Origin: Azolla caroliniana
Taxonomy: Eukaryota > Plantae > Polypodiophyta
Length of the DNA: 64,000 nucleotides
Assembly (NCBI GenBank): GCA_043228905.1
Contig: JBHGNT010000002.1
Span: 9,858,001 to 9,922,000 of the forward strand
Direction of reading: 5' to 3'
Both the position numbers and the translations under genes were made by a program. Below, one piece after another: positions 61,984 through 64,000 of this stretch. The notes under the pieces are model-generated. The model worked only from the letters and a program-made list of their open reading frames with translations. It had not been told where the DNA came from and searched no databases. Position 1 is the first letter of the stretch. The number at the start of each line of letters is the position of its first letter.

Positions 61984-64000
61984 GCCCAAACCTGATTCTA
62001 TATCTAAATCTAGGCACAATGCTTTATATTATGTTATAGATTATCTTAAATTTTTTTAGATTCGATCTCTATGTCAAATAAAAGGGAACCTTTTATTTGA
62101 CTCTAGATCGAGCACAGAACCTTGTTTTGTATAAGAAATGAAAACATGTAATGAAATGACATTCAAGATTGAGAATGATATTTTATTTGTAATGCAAGTT
62201 AATCTACATGTTTGTTTGTTTATTGAAATTCACAAATGGATGCCGTCGTAAACCTATATGCCTTTGGTTTGAGAAACCATGCTAGATTTCGATTTGCAAA
62301 ATCCATGTGCCCAAAACTTCTTGATTAATTGTATTAAAGAGCTATTTCCTTTTTTACTTCATCATGCTTGCTATGGTTCTGGTCTTTGTGATATTTCCAA
62401 GGGAACACTCATGCATTCACTTGGTGTAGAACACTCGGCCCAAGGCATATTGGTATTTACACATTTCACAATAATAACCATTGCACAACCACAATAATAA
62501 CCAGATAGAAAATTAACTCTTCACATTTTGGTATTTAACTTCTTTATATTTGATTGTTTTACACTTTGAAATATCTCTACGAAATAATGAGGATTATGAT
62601 AATGCATATTTGATTTTGAAGTAGCTTAGATTTCTACAACCTCCTCTTTAGTATTTCTATTGTATTGGTTCCACTTGGTGTATAGCACAAAATAACTTGT
62701 TGGGTGTTTTATAACTTTTTTTAAAATGATTTCCATTGTATTGGTTCCACCTAGTGTGTTATTGTTGAATAAGTAGATTGAGAGACATTTTTGTTGATAT
62801 CAGTATAGAACTAGGAAAGTCACAAATAGCATGTGAATTAGCTTTTTAAGTGTTTGGTGTGGAGATGTTTGAAGTGCAAGGTGATCTATATGTTGATTCT
62901 ACGAACAAGACGATTGGATCGCAAGCCTTGCCCACAAACTATAAAATTAAACACAGATTAATTAGTTAAAATCTTGATACAAACAAAAATTCATTGGGAA
63001 AAGGGCACAGGCGAAGGAAAAGATAAGAATGTGTAGCATATATAAATATGTTGAAACTCATTCTTTGGTGATGATGTATTAGCCTTTGGACTAGGCAGAA
63101 GATATATATTATAATTTATGAGTTTATGATGAATTATGGTCACTATTTTTATAGCTTCCTTCATGTTATTCTTTATATTTGTGGATAAGTTTCTATTAAC
63201 TATTAAGAAATTGTTAAGTACCTAACTCTTTCTTTTAGTTAATGACAACGACAGATTGCACATGATAGATTACCTTGATAGCAACAACAAGGATGTTTAG
63301 AGTTTTAACATTGTCTCGCCAATGCACAAGGCAAATCTATTGTTTAAAGAAGCCTAGCTTAGCATGTTTATTATTTTAGCCTAAATTTAGAGAACATTTT
63401 TAATTTTTTGGTTAATAAAGCTCTTGCTTCAATAACAATAGTGCATTCTTTCAGGAAATTGTTAGATCATCACCAATGTCGCGTATGGTCTATGTGAATG
63501 GCTGGAAATGTCAACACATATCCTAGCACGAATGCAATCCATGATGAGAGAACAATGACGCACAATCTAAACATATGGTCATAATGTAGACAAACCAACA
63601 TTAGTCCATAGCAATGACGGTGGCGTCTAATCACAACAAAATCAATAACCAACAATTACGGCAATGATAACACCTCAACAAGAACTCTTACTATAGATTC
63701 TAGACACTCTTTGCAAGGTCATGAACTCATTTCAAAACTCAATTGCTCACATCCTTGTAGTTCAATATTCAAGCATTATCAACAAAAGGAAATGTGTGTA
63801 CAACTAGGGAAATGGGAGAGAACTAGGAAATAGTACGACTATCATCTCACAAAAATTGTAGAAATAAAGAAAAAACAAAAAAAAAGATTCAATTAGCTAG
63901 AATGCCAAAGAGATGTGACTACAACGCTCATATACTATTGTCCAATGAATTCTATAGAAATTCCTAGGCGATGCAAATATAATCATGTATGTCTTGAAAG

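Noticed and set aside
62200-64000. Short ORFs and possible decayed coding remnants downstream of the MYB
   Set aside because: No recognisable motif, termini or splice structure.

Overview
Eukaryotic plant genomic DNA. The TE families, a PPR fragment and a miR319-targeted MYB suggest a seed-free plant, probably a fern; this is inference only. About 58.6 kb (1-58598) is a stack of nested, decayed transposons. It holds two copies of an Athila/Phygy-like Ty3/Gypsy element, a both-LTR Gypsy with a tRNA-Trp primer site and fungal-type pol motifs, about nine Ty1/Copia copies or fragments (two full-length with exact 5-bp TSDs) and two solo LTRs. It also holds a complete hAT element (8-bp TSD) carrying a PPR gene fragment, and a Sola2-like DNA transposon with a second, RING-like gene and intronic TAGCTAATTAGCTA palindrome arrays. 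The only intact host gene is a two-exon GAMYB-like R2R3-MYB (60066-61983). Its second exon has two near-perfect miR319 sites exactly 147 nt (7 x 21) apart, a candidate two-hit phasiRNA locus and the most notable signal in the window. All calls come from reading the sequence and recalled motifs; no searches were run.
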